From Alphaproteobacteria bacterium (lineage in GTDB: Bacteria; Pseudomonadota; Alphaproteobacteria; RF32; CAG-239): a stretch of DNA of 64,000 nt. Under the pieces are notes generated by a model. That model was not told the DNA's origin. It worked only from the letters and a program-made list of their open reading frames with translations, and did no database searches. Position 1 is the first letter of the stretch. Each line of letters begins with the position of its first letter. The stretch covers positions 51,099 to 115,098 of the forward strand of contig JAFUSU010000027.1 in the NCBI GenBank assembly GCA_017467515.1, given 5' to 3'. A program made the translations under genes and the position numbers. Positions 1 to 10,855 of the stretch are shown one piece after another.

Positions 1-108
1 TTCATAAGTATTAACGGTTTCCTCGTTTTTTTTGACGTCGGCATTTGTATTTAAGGCCCAAAAGCCGGATAAAATTACAGAAGCGCTTATTAATAGTATT
101 TTTTTCAT
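1..108 (-). CDS. Partial CDS (N-terminus only, runs off window); secreted protein, possibly C-terminal processing protease by gpmI-envC-ctpA synteny
   Basis: ATG at 108-106 on minus strand. Translation MKKILLISASVILSGFWALNTNADV... is a typical signal peptide. It lies immediately downstream of the EnvC-like gene. The function is an inference from alphaproteobacterial synteny only. Confidence 0.35.
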   Translation of the reverse strand, partial: MKKILLISASVILSGFWALNTNADVKKNEETVNTYE

Positions 109-128
109 AGTGTTGCTTTCATTCATTA

Positions 129-1358
129 TCATTTAACCAACCACGATTCCGGATTAATCGGATGATTATCCTTTCGTATTTCCATATATAAACGGGCAGC
201 TTCACCAGACGGCATTAACCCGACCGGTTCACCGGCCAGCAGCATCTGCCCTGTTTCACAGTCTATACTGTCCATTCCCGCTAACAAGGAAGTATACCCC
301 TTGCCATGTTCTATAATAATAAGATTACCATATCCTCTGAACGGTCCCGCAAATAAAACAGATCCGTCAAACGGGGCTATAACTTGAGCCATTTGACGCG
401 TTTTTATGGTTATTCCTTTTGAAGAAACCCCTTTTGAAGTTTCTTGTCCGTAACGCGTTATAATTTGCCCCCGAACAGGATATGGTAATTTTCCTTTTGC
501 TTTAATAAAATTAGTCCCTGTTTCATTTATAATCTGAGGATCAAATTTAATCAAGTCAGCTGTTGATACTTGTCCAGACTTTTGAGAAGAAAGTATTTTT
601 TTCTTTGCCTCCTCAGCCATCTGACGCCGCTTAGCTTCTTTATCTTTTTCCAGTTTAACCAACAAATCTTTTAAATCCTGAGCCTGACCTGCTAATTTTT
701 GAATATTTTTTTTCGTTTCCATAGATTGTTGAGAAACTTTTGCTCGATATTTTGTTTTAGCTTCCGCTAAAACTTTCATTTGCGAATGTTCCCTCTCTAA
801 TTTTCGCTGTTGTCCGACAATCCTTTCAACCTGTCGCCGAATGATTTCTTTTTTATTTTTTAAAACATCAAGTTCCTGTTTAATAATATCAGCTTCGGCC
901 TCCAAATAAGGAACCGTTTCTCTGAGTAACATCGCACTCCGAACAATATCGACCGGCGCCAACGGTTGAACAAATAGAGCTTCGGTAGGCTTAAGGGCCA
1001 AACTTTGTAAAGCCGAAAGCATTTTAACCATATTTTCATCTTGTCCGATGAGTTTTGCTTCCGCCGCCTTATAGTCATCTTCTAAAACTTTTAATTGATC
1101 CTCCATTTCAGAAATGGATTCTTCATTATTTTGAATCATCCTTGCGGCTTTAATCATTTCTTGATTGACGCGTTGTAATTCTCGACTTGCCTTTTCAGCT
1201 TCTCGTTCTAACTGTTTTTGTTTCTGGGCTTGAATTTGAACTTGTTTTTCAACCTGTTCCAAATCACTTCTTGAAACTTCCGCACGGCAGACAACAGCTC
1301 CTGTCAGTATAACACCGACAAAAAAGAAACTGTATATCTGTCGTACGGTCAGTCTCAT
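129..1358 (-). CDS. envC: EnvC-like murein hydrolase activator / M23 (LytM-domain) peptidase with long N-terminal coiled coil
   Basis: Signal peptide, ~250 aa Q/E/K-rich coiled coil, C-terminal LytM-like block (GYGNLIIIEHGKGYTSLLAG). Lies next to gpmI as in many proteobacteria. Confidence 0.75.
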   Translation of the reverse strand: MRLTVRQIYSFFFVGVILTGAVVCRAEVSRSDLEQVEKQVQIQAQKQKQLEREAEKASRELQRVNQEMIKAARMIQNNEESISEMEDQLKVLEDDYKAAEAKLIGQDENMVKMLSALQSLALKPTEALFVQPLAPVDIVRSAMLLRETVPYLEAEADIIKQELDVLKNKKEIIRRQVERIVGQQRKLEREHSQMKVLAEAKTKYRAKVSQQSMETKKNIQKLAGQAQDLKDLLVKLEKDKEAKRRQMAEEAKKKILSSQKSGQVSTADLIKFDPQIINETGTNFIKAKGKLPYPVRGQIITRYGQETSKGVSSKGITIKTRQMAQVIAPFDGSVLFAGPFRGYGNLIIIEHGKGYTSLLAGMDSIDCETGQMLLAGEPVGLMPSGEAARLYMEIRKDNHPINPESWLVK

Positions 1359-1364
1359 TGAAAT

Positions 1365-2897
1365 TTATTTCACAAGCAAAGATTGCCCGTTCATCTCCTG
1401 CGGTTTATCAATATTCAAAAGTTCAAGTAATGTCGGCGCAATATCAGCTAATTTACCTTCATTCATAGCCTTAATCGGCCGGTCACTGTTATACAAAACA
1501 GCCTGAACTTTACCAACGGTATGTGCCGTATAAGGCTCGCCTGTTTTTTCATCTATCATTTTTTCGGCATTACCGTGATCTGCCGTCACCAACAATACAC
1601 CGTCAACAGACTTAATAGCTCTCATAACACTGCCCAAACACTCATCAACAGCGGCAACAGCTTTCAAAACGGCATCCATTTTACCGGTATGTCCGACCAT
1701 ATCGCCATTGGCAAAATTACAGATAATCACATCAAACTTTTTGTTTTGAATCACGTCGACCAAATGATCTGTTACTTCATAGACCGACATCTCAGGCTTC
1801 AGGTCATACGTTGCCACTTTCGGGCTGGGAACCAAAATTCTGGATTCGCCCTTAAATTCACGTTCTTCACCACCGTTAAAGAAGAATGTGACATGAGCAT
1901 ATTTTTCGGTTTCGGCAATACGCAACTGCGTTAAACCGTGTTCCGAAACAACTTGTCCGAAAATATTATGTAATGCTTCCGGACCAAACAAGGTTTTCAT
2001 AAAACGATTATGATCGACAGAATATTCGGTCATTCCGACAGCCATTGACAAGTTTAACATTTTTTTACGCTCAAAACCGGTAAATTCTTTATCGGCCAAA
2101 GCATAAAGAATTTCACGAGCACGGTCTGCACGGAAGTTAGCCATTAAAACGGCATCTCCGTCTTGAATACCCTGATAATTTCCAATAACGCAAGGAACAA
2201 CAAACTCATCGGTCACTTCTGCCTGATAAGAGGCTTCAATAGCCTCTGCGGCTGTTGCATAACGTTTTCCCTCGGCAAGAGCCATCGCATTATAAGCCGC
2301 CTCAACACGATCCCATCTCTTATCACGATCCATAGCGTAAAAACGGCCAGAAATTGTTGCAACTTGAACATTTTTCATTGTTGAAATGGATTTTTCAAAA
2401 TCAGCTACAAATTCTTTTGCCGAAGACGGCGGCGTATCGCGTCCGTCTAAAAAGGCATGAACAGCAACTTTGACGCCCTTATCCGACAAAACTTTACACA
2501 AAGCAACAATATGTTTTTGATGAGAGTGAACCCCTCCCGGTGACATTAACCCCATCAAATGACAGGTACCGTTGCTTTTCTCTAAAGCGGCAATCATCTC
2601 CAGAAGGACTTTATTGTGAGCAATTGTTCCATCGGCAATGGCTTGGTCAATTCTCGGTAAATCTTGCATAACCACACGACCGGCACCCAAATTCATATGA
2701 CCGACCTCAGAGTTACCCATTTGCCCGTCCGGCAACCCGACAGCTAATCCGGAGGTTTCAATTAAACAGTGCGGATAATTATCAATCAGATAATGCCAAT
2801 TGGGTGTATTTCCGTTTTCAATCGCGTTATCCGGTGTAATCGGGCGGCGGTATCCCCAACCGTCAAGTATCAATAACATTACAGGTTTTTGTGTCAT
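1365..2897 (-). CDS. gpmI: 2,3-bisphosphoglycerate-independent phosphoglycerate mutase
   Basis: N-terminal LLILDGWG motif, 510 aa, metal-binding His/Asp blocks typical of iPGM. Confidence 0.9.
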   Translation of the reverse strand: MTQKPVMLLILDGWGYRRPITPDNAIENGNTPNWHYLIDNYPHCLIETSGLAVGLPDGQMGNSEVGHMNLGAGRVVMQDLPRIDQAIADGTIAHNKVLLEMIAALEKSNGTCHLMGLMSPGGVHSHQKHIVALCKVLSDKGVKVAVHAFLDGRDTPPSSAKEFVADFEKSISTMKNVQVATISGRFYAMDRDKRWDRVEAAYNAMALAEGKRYATAAEAIEASYQAEVTDEFVVPCVIGNYQGIQDGDAVLMANFRADRAREILYALADKEFTGFERKKMLNLSMAVGMTEYSVDHNRFMKTLFGPEALHNIFGQVVSEHGLTQLRIAETEKYAHVTFFFNGGEEREFKGESRILVPSPKVATYDLKPEMSVYEVTDHLVDVIQNKKFDVIICNFANGDMVGHTGKMDAVLKAVAAVDECLGSVMRAIKSVDGVLLVTADHGNAEKMIDEKTGEPYTAHTVGKVQAVLYNSDRPIKAMNEGKLADIAPTLLELLNIDKPQEMNGQSLLVK

Positions 2898-3168
2898 TTT
2901 ATTCCCTTTTCATTATAACCAAAATTTATTTTTGCCTATTATATATAAGAAAACAGAATAAAAAAACATTATTTGCGAGTTATTGACTCTAAAAAAATAA
3001 AAGAAAAACCCCTACATTGACAAACAGAGCTTAATTTGCTAGCTCTTGTACATAAAAACGGGAAAACAAGATGACTTCTGAGACAAGATTTTGTTCTCCG
3101 ACGGGAGATCTGCTATAGATGCGGATTAGAGAAACCTTATAGTTAGCTTCTAAATCTGCACCAGAAAA

Positions 3169-4971
3169 TTATTTTGCGCATTCTAACATAACGCGGCGCC
3201 AGATTTCTGCGGGCAATGTACCACCGGTAATTCCTCTCATCGGCGAATTATTATCATTACCAACCCAAACCACGCAAACATATTTTCCTGTAAAACCGGC
3301 AAACCACGCATCTCTGAAATCTTGTGACGTACCCGTTTTTCCGGCAGCAAAAAACGGCAAGCGAGCCCTTTTTCCCGTTCCCGTATTTATAACTTCCTCC
3401 AACATTTTGCTCAAAGATAAAACACTTTGTGCATCTAAAATTCGCCGTGGTTCATCGGCCTGACGCATATATCTTTCATAACCGTCACGGCTGAAAATTT
3501 CCAAAATACCATACGGCCAAACCGCATATCCGCCATTGGCTAAAGAGGCATAGGCCGCTGCCATATCAAGCACTCTGACTTCCGAAGTACCGAGCGATAA
3601 AGTCGCATCATTAACCAACGGCGTTGTGATTCCCATTTTCTTTGCATTTGCAATAATTGAACGACGACCGACCCTCTCTGCCAAATCAATCGTTGCCAAA
3701 TTATAAGATTGACGCAGTGCTTCTTTTAAAGTGACCTCACCGTGATATTGTTTATCAATATTTTCCGGCCGCCATTTGCCGATTTGAATCGGGCTGTCCA
3801 TAACTTTATCATTCGGGGTAAAACCCTGTTGCAAGGCCGTTAAATATACAAAAGGCTTAAATGCGGATCCCGGTTGTCGTAAAGCGGAAACCGCACGATT
3901 AAACTGACTTTTTTCATAACCTACGCCGCCAACCATCGCCCGAACCGCACCATCTTTATCCATAACCACGATAGCCCCTTGCGTCACATTTTTATTTCTG
4001 TTTGCAAGAATGGCTTCATCAAGAATCTTTTCGGCTTTCTCTTGAATATCTTGATCCAAAGTTGTATGAACATAAACATCTTCTTCCCGTTCTCCTAAGA
4101 TAGCATTGACATCTTGATACACCCAATCCGCAAAATGTTTTCCGCCCAACACTTTGTCCGAAATTTCCGGACCAAGGCGCATCGTCAATGCCTGTGCCAT
4201 CTGTTTTGAGGTAATTAAACCGGCATTAACCATATTTTGTAAAACAATTTTCGCGCGCTGATTGGCTCGTTCTTTACTGGCAATCGGATTATAGCGCGAA
4301 GGAGCTTTTAACATTCCGGCTAAAATGGCGGCCTCTCGTAAATTAAGATCATTTGACGTTTTTTGAAAATATTTATTTGCCGCCGATTCTATACCATAAG
4401 TGCCATTTCCGAGATAAACCCGATTCATATACAAAGCCAAAATCTGATCTTTTGTAAATTTATGTTCCAGCCAAAAAGCCAACAGCAATTCCTGAACTTT
4501 TCTCTTTATATTTTTTTGCGATGTCAAAAATAAGTTTTTGGCAACTTGTTGGGTAATGGTACTTCCGCCTTGAACATAACGGCGATGCATGACATTAATA
4601 ATCATAGCTCGCGTAAAAGAAATAATATCAAATCCGAAATGTTCATAAAACCGTCTATCTTCTGTTGCCACAATGGCCTGAGAAACATATTTCGGCAAGT
4701 CATCAGGCATAATAATTGAGGAATAGACACTCCCGAAAGACTGTATTTCATTGCCGTTTTCTGCCGTAATAGTGGTTGACGGTTGCCTTGTGCGGTGAAT
4801 AGCCTGCTCAATATTCGGCATCGTCACATAACAATAACCGACATATATCACTAAAACAATAAAAAGCCAAAAGCAACTTATCAACAACCATTTGAAAATT
4901 TTTCCGCGTTGCTTAGTGACTCTCTTTTTACGTTTCGGAGTCTTTTTCTTTGTTTTTGTTTTTTTTGCCAT
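3169..4971 (-). CDS. Class A penicillin-binding protein (bifunctional glycosyltransferase/transpeptidase), compact 600 aa form
   Basis: Lys-rich cytoplasmic tail plus TM. GT51 motifs (EDRRFYEHFGFD, GGSTITQQ, RKVQE). Transpeptidase motifs SAFKP (SxxK), SYN (SxN), KTGT. Confidence 0.8.
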   Translation of the reverse strand: MAKKTKTKKKTPKRKKRVTKQRGKIFKWLLISCFWLFIVLVIYVGYCYVTMPNIEQAIHRTRQPSTTITAENGNEIQSFGSVYSSIIMPDDLPKYVSQAIVATEDRRFYEHFGFDIISFTRAMIINVMHRRYVQGGSTITQQVAKNLFLTSQKNIKRKVQELLLAFWLEHKFTKDQILALYMNRVYLGNGTYGIESAANKYFQKTSNDLNLREAAILAGMLKAPSRYNPIASKERANQRAKIVLQNMVNAGLITSKQMAQALTMRLGPEISDKVLGGKHFADWVYQDVNAILGEREEDVYVHTTLDQDIQEKAEKILDEAILANRNKNVTQGAIVVMDKDGAVRAMVGGVGYEKSQFNRAVSALRQPGSAFKPFVYLTALQQGFTPNDKVMDSPIQIGKWRPENIDKQYHGEVTLKEALRQSYNLATIDLAERVGRRSIIANAKKMGITTPLVNDATLSLGTSEVRVLDMAAAYASLANGGYAVWPYGILEIFSRDGYERYMRQADEPRRILDAQSVLSLSKMLEEVINTGTGKRARLPFFAAGKTGTSQDFRDAWFAGFTGKYVCVVWVGNDNNSPMRGITGGTLPAEIWRRVMLECAK

Positions 4972-5052
4972 AAATCAATCCTTGCAACGAGTCGCAAACT
5001 ATTTTAGTATCTGTCTTATAAGTTATCATAAAACATTAAAGGAAGTTTTAAG

Positions 5053-5250
5053 ATGGACGCCAGCATTGATATAAATTTTTCACTTTATCAAAAATTGCAA
5101 ACAATTGCTTCTGAACAAAATTGTGATTTGCGTGACTGTCTGGAACAAGCTTTAAACGATTACATTGATAACTACGGTGACAGTCAAAACAGCGATTTGG
5201 AAAGCCTGAGCCAAAATGAGCGCGCTTTCTTTTTATCCGTCGCCGAATAA
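5053..5250 (+). CDS. Small acidic hypothetical protein (65 aa)
   Basis: ORF with GGAAG SD-like sequence 8 nt upstream; no recognisable domain. Confidence 0.4.
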   Translation: MDASIDINFSLYQKLQTIASEQNCDLRDCLEQALNDYIDNYGDSQNSDLESLSQNERAFFLSVAE

Positions 5251-5372
5251 AATACTTATTAACTTTTTCCCAATCATACCGATTTCAATAGCTCACCTCA
5301 TTTTATTAATTTGACAAAAAATTAGACGTATGATATATTTTAAATAATCTGAAAATTTAAGGAGTAAAGAAT

Positions 5373-6191
5373 ATGGATGCGGCTGAAACAAGAAAAAAAC
5401 TTCATTATCGCGAATTAATGAAAAAGGCTGTCTATGTATCATCACATGAAGGTGCTAGAGGACTTGGCGTAGATAACCTTGTAAAAAAAATGGTTCTTGA
5501 AGCAAAAAAAGGCATCCCTGTAAAATCTGAATGGCAAAACAGAGAATTCGTTATAGATGCTGAACTACCTCTGGAATTAGCTCTAAAAGAATGGAGAGAA
5601 CAAGCCTGTAAACCTCTCTTACAACAAAAAATAGATGATGGATCGCTAACTCCCGAAAAATTAATTAAAACACTTCAAGCTACCGCTGAAGATACATGCG
5701 TAGATAAAAAAGATTCTGATTCCCATATAAATGCCGCATGGACAGAAGCTTTAGTTACAAATTTTCCTGAATACGCTGATAAGCCAACAATATTACAAAT
5801 AATGAATGCATATTATAAAGCCAGTGATAAAAATGCTGTAACTTTAGAAACGATTCTTGATACTAAGATTCAAAAATATATATCAGGAGAAGAGACATTT
5901 CCCCACACCCTGGATAATATTGTAGCTCTACAACGCCTGTCTGAATCATATTCAGCGCAAAAATTAGAAAACCCTCAAGAACTTGAAGATAAAATAGCAG
6001 AAAGTGAATTAAAAATGCTAAAAGAACTTAATCCAGAAGATTTAAAATACACTTCAGATGCCTTATTGGCTGCGGGTCGAAATATTGCAGAAAAGCATCA
6101 AGAAGAAGGTGATTTCAGTAAACCATTTCAAACTGAATTAATGTCCCGATTAGCTGCAGGAAAAATTTTTAACCCACACACACAAGGTTAA
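5373..6191 (+). CDS. Hypothetical protein (272 aa)
   Basis: Strong RBS (TAAGGAG) 8 nt upstream of ATG; no recognisable family. Confidence 0.55.
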   Translation: MDAAETRKKLHYRELMKKAVYVSSHEGARGLGVDNLVKKMVLEAKKGIPVKSEWQNREFVIDAELPLELALKEWREQACKPLLQQKIDDGSLTPEKLIKTLQATAEDTCVDKKDSDSHINAAWTEALVTNFPEYADKPTILQIMNAYYKASDKNAVTLETILDTKIQKYISGEETFPHTLDNIVALQRLSESYSAQKLENPQELEDKIAESELKMLKELNPEDLKYTSDALLAAGRNIAEKHQEEGDFSKPFQTELMSRLAAGKIFNPHTQG

Positions 6192-6282
6192 TTTATAGCG
6201 AGTATTACTGTAAATTTTTCTTTTGAATTATCCTAAATCTCGTATATATTGCTTGATAAGAATAATTATCAGGATGCTTTTG

Positions 6283-9021
6283 ATGAGTAAAAAAATTTGT
6301 TTAATTGATGGTTCAGGCTACATTTTCAGAGCTTTTTATGCACTTCCGGCGATGACAAGTCCGGACGGAACACCTGTCAATGCCGTTTACGGTTTTACGA
6401 ATATGTTCTTAAAACTCACGCAACGCTTAAAATGCGACTACTGCCTCGTTTTATTTGATGCTAAGCGACAAAATTACCGCAATAACATTTTTGCAGACTA
6501 TAAAGGCACGCGAAAGGAAACACCTGAAGAATTAATTCCTCAATTTTCCATAATTCGAGAAGCTTTAAATGCTCTGAATATTCCTTACCTTGATATGGAA
6601 GGATATGAGGCTGATGACTTGATTGCCACCTACGTTGAACAAGGTTTGGATAAAAATTATAGTGTAACCGTCATTTCTGCCGATAAAGATTTAATGCAAC
6701 TGATAAAACCAAATGTCGATTTCTATGATCCGATGAAAGATAAGTTTTTTTCTCCCGAAGATGTTAAAGAGAAATTCGGCGTTTATCCTGATAAAGTCAT
6801 AGATGTTCAAGCGCTCGCCGGTGATAGTATTGACAATATTCCGGGGGTTCCGGGAATTGGCCTAAAAACAGCGGCCGAACTTGTTAATCAGTTTGGTTCT
6901 TTGGAAAATGTTCTCACGCACGCTTCTGAAATTAAACAAAACAAGCGCCGTGAAACACTGCTGGCAAACACTGAACAAGCCCGCATTTCATTACAACTTG
7001 TTACACTAAAAAAAGATGTTCCCGTAGAACATAATATTGAAGATTACCCTTGCCAAAGTCCTGTTAAAAATAATGTCATCTCTTTTGTTGAAAAATATGG
7101 CTTTAACAGTATTCGCCCACGTATTGAAAAATGGGTTGAAGAACAGTGTCACACCCCGCAAAGCAAACCGGAAACAGTGAAAAACTACTTTTTAATTGAA
7201 AATGAAACCCAATTACGGGAAATGTGCTCGCGGATCCGTCAGTCTCATCGTTTCAGCTTTGAAACGCTTTCCGATGGACCGAATCCTCAATTTGATTCTA
7301 TCATCGGTTTGTCTTTATCGGATACAATCGGGCACGCCGCTTATGTTCCTTTAGCAAAGGAAGAAAGTACTTCTGCAACACTTGATTTGTTTACCGCCTC
7401 TGCGCCTCAAACGGGCGGACTGAAAAAGCAAACCGTTTTATCTTACTTGGCAAGTTTATTAAATGATAAATCCATTCTTAAAATCAGCTTTGACGCCAAA
7501 ACAAATATTCATTTTTTGAATCAAATTTTCGGGGCGGAACAATCATATCAACCGCTGGAAGATACTGCCGTCTTATCATACGTATTGGATAATTCCGCAC
7601 AAAAACATCTGATACCTGAGCTGGCTGACTTCTTCCTGAATATAAAAACAGTCAATCTTGAAACATTAACCGGAAGCGGTAAAAATAAACTTTCAACAGC
7701 AGATTTACCCGCTTCCTCTCTAACAGAATATGCAGCTGAAAGAGCTGATTTAACGTTACGTTTGTATGATTTATTTCGTGAACGATTGTACAAAGAACAT
7801 CAAATCAGTGTTTATGAAGACCTCGACCGCCCGCTTATTCCCATTTTGCAAAAAATGGAGCATATAGGAATTATGGTCGATGCCGCTAAACTCAAAAATT
7901 TAAGTACCGAATTATCTCAAACCCTGCAAACTTATGAACAAGACGTTTACCGCCTTGCCGGAAAAGAATTTAACCTCGGTTCTCCTAAACAAATAGGCGA
8001 TGTTCTCTTTGAAGGGACCGGCATCAAAGGCAAAAAAACAGCCGGCGGGGCATGGCAAACCGGCGCTGATGTTCTCGAAAGTTTAGCTGAAGACGGAAAC
8101 TTACTGGCGGCCAAAATCCTTGATTGGCGCGCTTTCAGTAAGCTGAAATCAACTTACACGGATACGTTACTCAATCAATTGGATAAAGCATCTCGCCTGC
8201 ATACAACTTTCAGCCAAATTGCTGTCAATACCGGACGTCTTGCCTCCTCAAATCCGAACTTACAGAATATTCCTATTCGCAGCACAGAGGGAAAGAAAAT
8301 ACGCTCATGTTTTATTGCACCTAAAGGCTGCAAACTAATTTCCTGCGATTACAGTCAGGTTGAATTGCGTTTATTAGCCGTGGTTGCCAACGTAAAGGAA
8401 CTGAAACAAGCTTTTCTCGACGGGCAAGACATTCACGCTGCCACCGCCGCCAAAGTGTTTAATGTTCCTTTATCGGAAGTAACACCGGATCTGCGACGCC
8501 ACGCTAAAGCCATCAATTTCGGCATTGTTTACGGTATTTCACAATTCGGTCTGTCCCGACAAATAGATGTTTCTCCGGCAGAAGCAAAAGTTTATATTGA
8601 TTCTTATTTTGAAAAAATGCCCGAAATCAAAAAATATATGGATGACACAATTGCTTTTGCGCATAAACACGGTTATGTTGTCACCCCGTTTGGCAGGAAA
8701 TGCCCTGTTTTCGGAATCAATGATCAAAACAAGCGCATTGTTCAAAATGCCGAGCGCGCCGCAATAAACGCACCTATTCAGGGTGGCGCGGCCGACATTA
8801 TCAAAATGGCTATGAGGCAAGTTGCCGAAAAATTGGAACAAGGAAAATTCAAAACAAAAATGCTTTTACAAGTACATGATGAATTGATTTTTGAAGCGCC
8901 TCTGGAAGAATTAGATTCTGTCAGTAAACTCATTAAAGAAACAATGCAAAACACGGTTCATTACGACATTCCGTTTATTGCCGAACTCGGTATCGGAGAT
9001 AACTGGACTGAAGCTCACTAA
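6283..9021 (+). CDS. polA: DNA polymerase I
   Basis: 5'-3' exonuclease N-terminus (LIDGSGYIFRAFYALP), 3'-5' exonuclease and palm motifs (DYSQVELR, QVHDEL). The ORF track begins at 6223, but the ATG at 6283 (MSKKICLIDGS) with an upstream AGGA is the likelier start. Confidence 0.9.
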   Translation: MSKKICLIDGSGYIFRAFYALPAMTSPDGTPVNAVYGFTNMFLKLTQRLKCDYCLVLFDAKRQNYRNNIFADYKGTRKETPEELIPQFSIIREALNALNIPYLDMEGYEADDLIATYVEQGLDKNYSVTVISADKDLMQLIKPNVDFYDPMKDKFFSPEDVKEKFGVYPDKVIDVQALAGDSIDNIPGVPGIGLKTAAELVNQFGSLENVLTHASEIKQNKRRETLLANTEQARISLQLVTLKKDVPVEHNIEDYPCQSPVKNNVISFVEKYGFNSIRPRIEKWVEEQCHTPQSKPETVKNYFLIENETQLREMCSRIRQSHRFSFETLSDGPNPQFDSIIGLSLSDTIGHAAYVPLAKEESTSATLDLFTASAPQTGGLKKQTVLSYLASLLNDKSILKISFDAKTNIHFLNQIFGAEQSYQPLEDTAVLSYVLDNSAQKHLIPELADFFLNIKTVNLETLTGSGKNKLSTADLPASSLTEYAAERADLTLRLYDLFRERLYKEHQISVYEDLDRPLIPILQKMEHIGIMVDAAKLKNLSTELSQTLQTYEQDVYRLAGKEFNLGSPKQIGDVLFEGTGIKGKKTAGGAWQTGADVLESLAEDGNLLAAKILDWRAFSKLKSTYTDTLLNQLDKASRLHTTFSQIAVNTGRLASSNPNLQNIPIRSTEGKKIRSCFIAPKGCKLISCDYSQVELRLLAVVANVKELKQAFLDGQDIHAATAAKVFNVPLSEVTPDLRRHAKAINFGIVYGISQFGLSRQIDVSPAEAKVYIDSYFEKMPEIKKYMDDTIAFAHKHGYVVTPFGRKCPVFGINDQNKRIVQNAERAAINAPIQGGAADIIKMAMRQVAEKLEQGKFKTKMLLQVHDELIFEAPLEELDSVSKLIKETMQNTVHYDIPFIAELGIGDNWTEAH

Positions 9022-9028
9022 AAAGTTT

Positions 9029-10267
9029 TTACAAAACAGACTTAAGCGAACTGTGAATCTGCGCCAAAAGATCTTCCCTGCTCATCGTAAAATTGCTTTC
9101 AATCCACAAATGTTCAAGCATATCGAGCATTTGCCCTATTTTGCGATTATCATTTACGCCGACTTCAATTAAATCTCGTCCTTTTAGCGGAAAAGTGTAA
9201 ATCGGTAAATTTTGAATGTTTTCAAGAACTTGGTGAAAATTTTCCGGCATTTGACCTAATTCGGCACAACGCAGAATAAATTTATGATGACAAAAATCGC
9301 GCCCCCGCTCATACAGTAATTTTTGCAAAGTTTGCGGATTGGTAAAATCAGTGATACTTGGATTGAAGCGTGCCCAACCGATAAATTGTTCTTTTTCTTT
9401 TCGGCTCAACTTCAATCGATTCGAAAAACTCTCTGCCAAAGTTTCATCGGGAAGATAAAGAATAAACAGCCGACGCAAAGCAGATTCGTCAAGCTTTTCG
9501 GAACGAACTAATTTGATTAATCTTTCCAAACAGCCGAAATGCGGTGCCGGAGGTAAAATATATCCTAAAATATCATTATCAATCATAATTTTGACTGTTT
9601 TAATAACATTCGGCGTTAACAGTATTTTCAAAAATTCATCCCGAACTCGTTCAATGGAAATATTCTTCAAACCGACCTGATTTTCACGGCAAGCTTTTAA
9701 AGCCCTTGCGTCAATATCACCCTTTCCGAAAATAGAGTAAAAACGAAAAAAACGAAGTATACGCAAATAATCCTCTTGGATTCGATGTGCCGGATTTCCT
9801 ATAAACCGAACAACACCTTTTTCCAAATCATCTATCCCGTTATAGTAATCAAAAACATTGCCTTTTTCATCAGCATAAACAGCATTAATTGTCAAATCAC
9901 GACGGGAGGCATCCTCATTCCAATCCGTTGTAAATTCAACCTCTGCATGGCGCCCGTCTGTCTTGATATCTTTACGTAAAGATGTTACTTCCAAAACCGT
10001 ATCATTAATAACAACACCCACCGTTCCGTATTTGATGCCGATAGGAATGGTCTTTAGACCGCTTTCCTCGCACATTTCCACCAATTCATCCGGAGACATA
10101 TCCGTAGCAAGGTCTAAATCAAATCCTTCCAAGCCGGCAAGGGCATCACGCACTGCACCACCGACAAATCTTAAGACACCGCCATGTTTTTCAACGACTT
10201 CAAAAAGTTGTAAGACGGCTTTATCCTTAATAATTTTGCTCATATCCAAATAATTATCTTTGAACAT
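9029..10267 (-). CDS. cca: tRNA nucleotidyltransferase (CCA-adding) / poly(A) polymerase family
   Basis: GGAVRD motif and DLD..D polymerase-beta fold signature; 412 aa. Confidence 0.8.
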   Translation of the reverse strand: MFKDNYLDMSKIIKDKAVLQLFEVVEKHGGVLRFVGGAVRDALAGLEGFDLDLATDMSPDELVEMCEESGLKTIPIGIKYGTVGVVINDTVLEVTSLRKDIKTDGRHAEVEFTTDWNEDASRRDLTINAVYADEKGNVFDYYNGIDDLEKGVVRFIGNPAHRIQEDYLRILRFFRFYSIFGKGDIDARALKACRENQVGLKNISIERVRDEFLKILLTPNVIKTVKIMIDNDILGYILPPAPHFGCLERLIKLVRSEKLDESALRRLFILYLPDETLAESFSNRLKLSRKEKEQFIGWARFNPSITDFTNPQTLQKLLYERGRDFCHHKFILRCAELGQMPENFHQVLENIQNLPIYTFPLKGRDLIEVGVNDNRKIGQMLDMLEHLWIESNFTMSREDLLAQIHSSLKSVL

Positions 10268-10342
10268 AGATTGACCTTTTACTAGACAATGTTTTAAAAG
10301 TTTGTTACAAGCTATATATAATGTTTATTTGAGGATGTAAAT

Positions 10343-10855
10343 ATGAAAAAATATAAAGGGATAACTCTTTTAATTGCATTGTTTTTCAGTGCACAAGCCC
10401 AAGCCGGAAAACCTCAAATCTTAGGCGAATACGGCGATTGGACGGCTTACCATTTTCACGACGGTCGAGGCAGTGTTTGCTATATGATTTCCAAACCGAC
10501 CAAAGATGAAGGAAAATACAGCAAACGCGGTGATATTTACGTTGTTGTTACTCATCGTCCGGCGGATAAAAGTTTTGACGTTGTAAACTTTGATGCCGGC
10601 TATACTTTCAAAAACGGAGCTCCTTTTGTTGTCAAAATCGGGCATAACACCGTTAATAGCTTCTTTACGGAAGGAACAAAAGCTTGGACGCTTAATGATG
10701 AAGCCGATAAGAAAATGGTTTCTCTGATGAAAGGCGGCGACAGAATGATTGTTGACGGCATTTCCTCTCGCGGAACAAAAACAAAAGACACTTACTCGCT
10801 CAAAGGATTCACCGGCGCATATAAGGCAATCAGCGCTAAATGCAAAAAGAAATGA
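10343..10855 (+). CDS. Secreted hypothetical protein (signal peptide; possibly IalB-like, unverified)
   Basis: MKKYKGITLLIALFFSAQAQA signal peptide; 170 aa; RBS GAGGA upstream. Confidence 0.55.
   Translation: MKKYKGITLLIALFFSAQAQAGKPQILGEYGDWTAYHFHDGRGSVCYMISKPTKDEGKYSKRGDIYVVVTHRPADKSFDVVNFDAGYTFKNGAPFVVKIGHNTVNSFFTEGTKAWTLNDEADKKMVSLMKGGDRMIVDGISSRGTKTKDTYSLKGFTGAYKAISAKCKKK

Noticed and set aside
1521-2384. Plus-strand ORFs 1521..1934 and 2163..2384
   Set aside because: Antisense to the well-supported gpmI.
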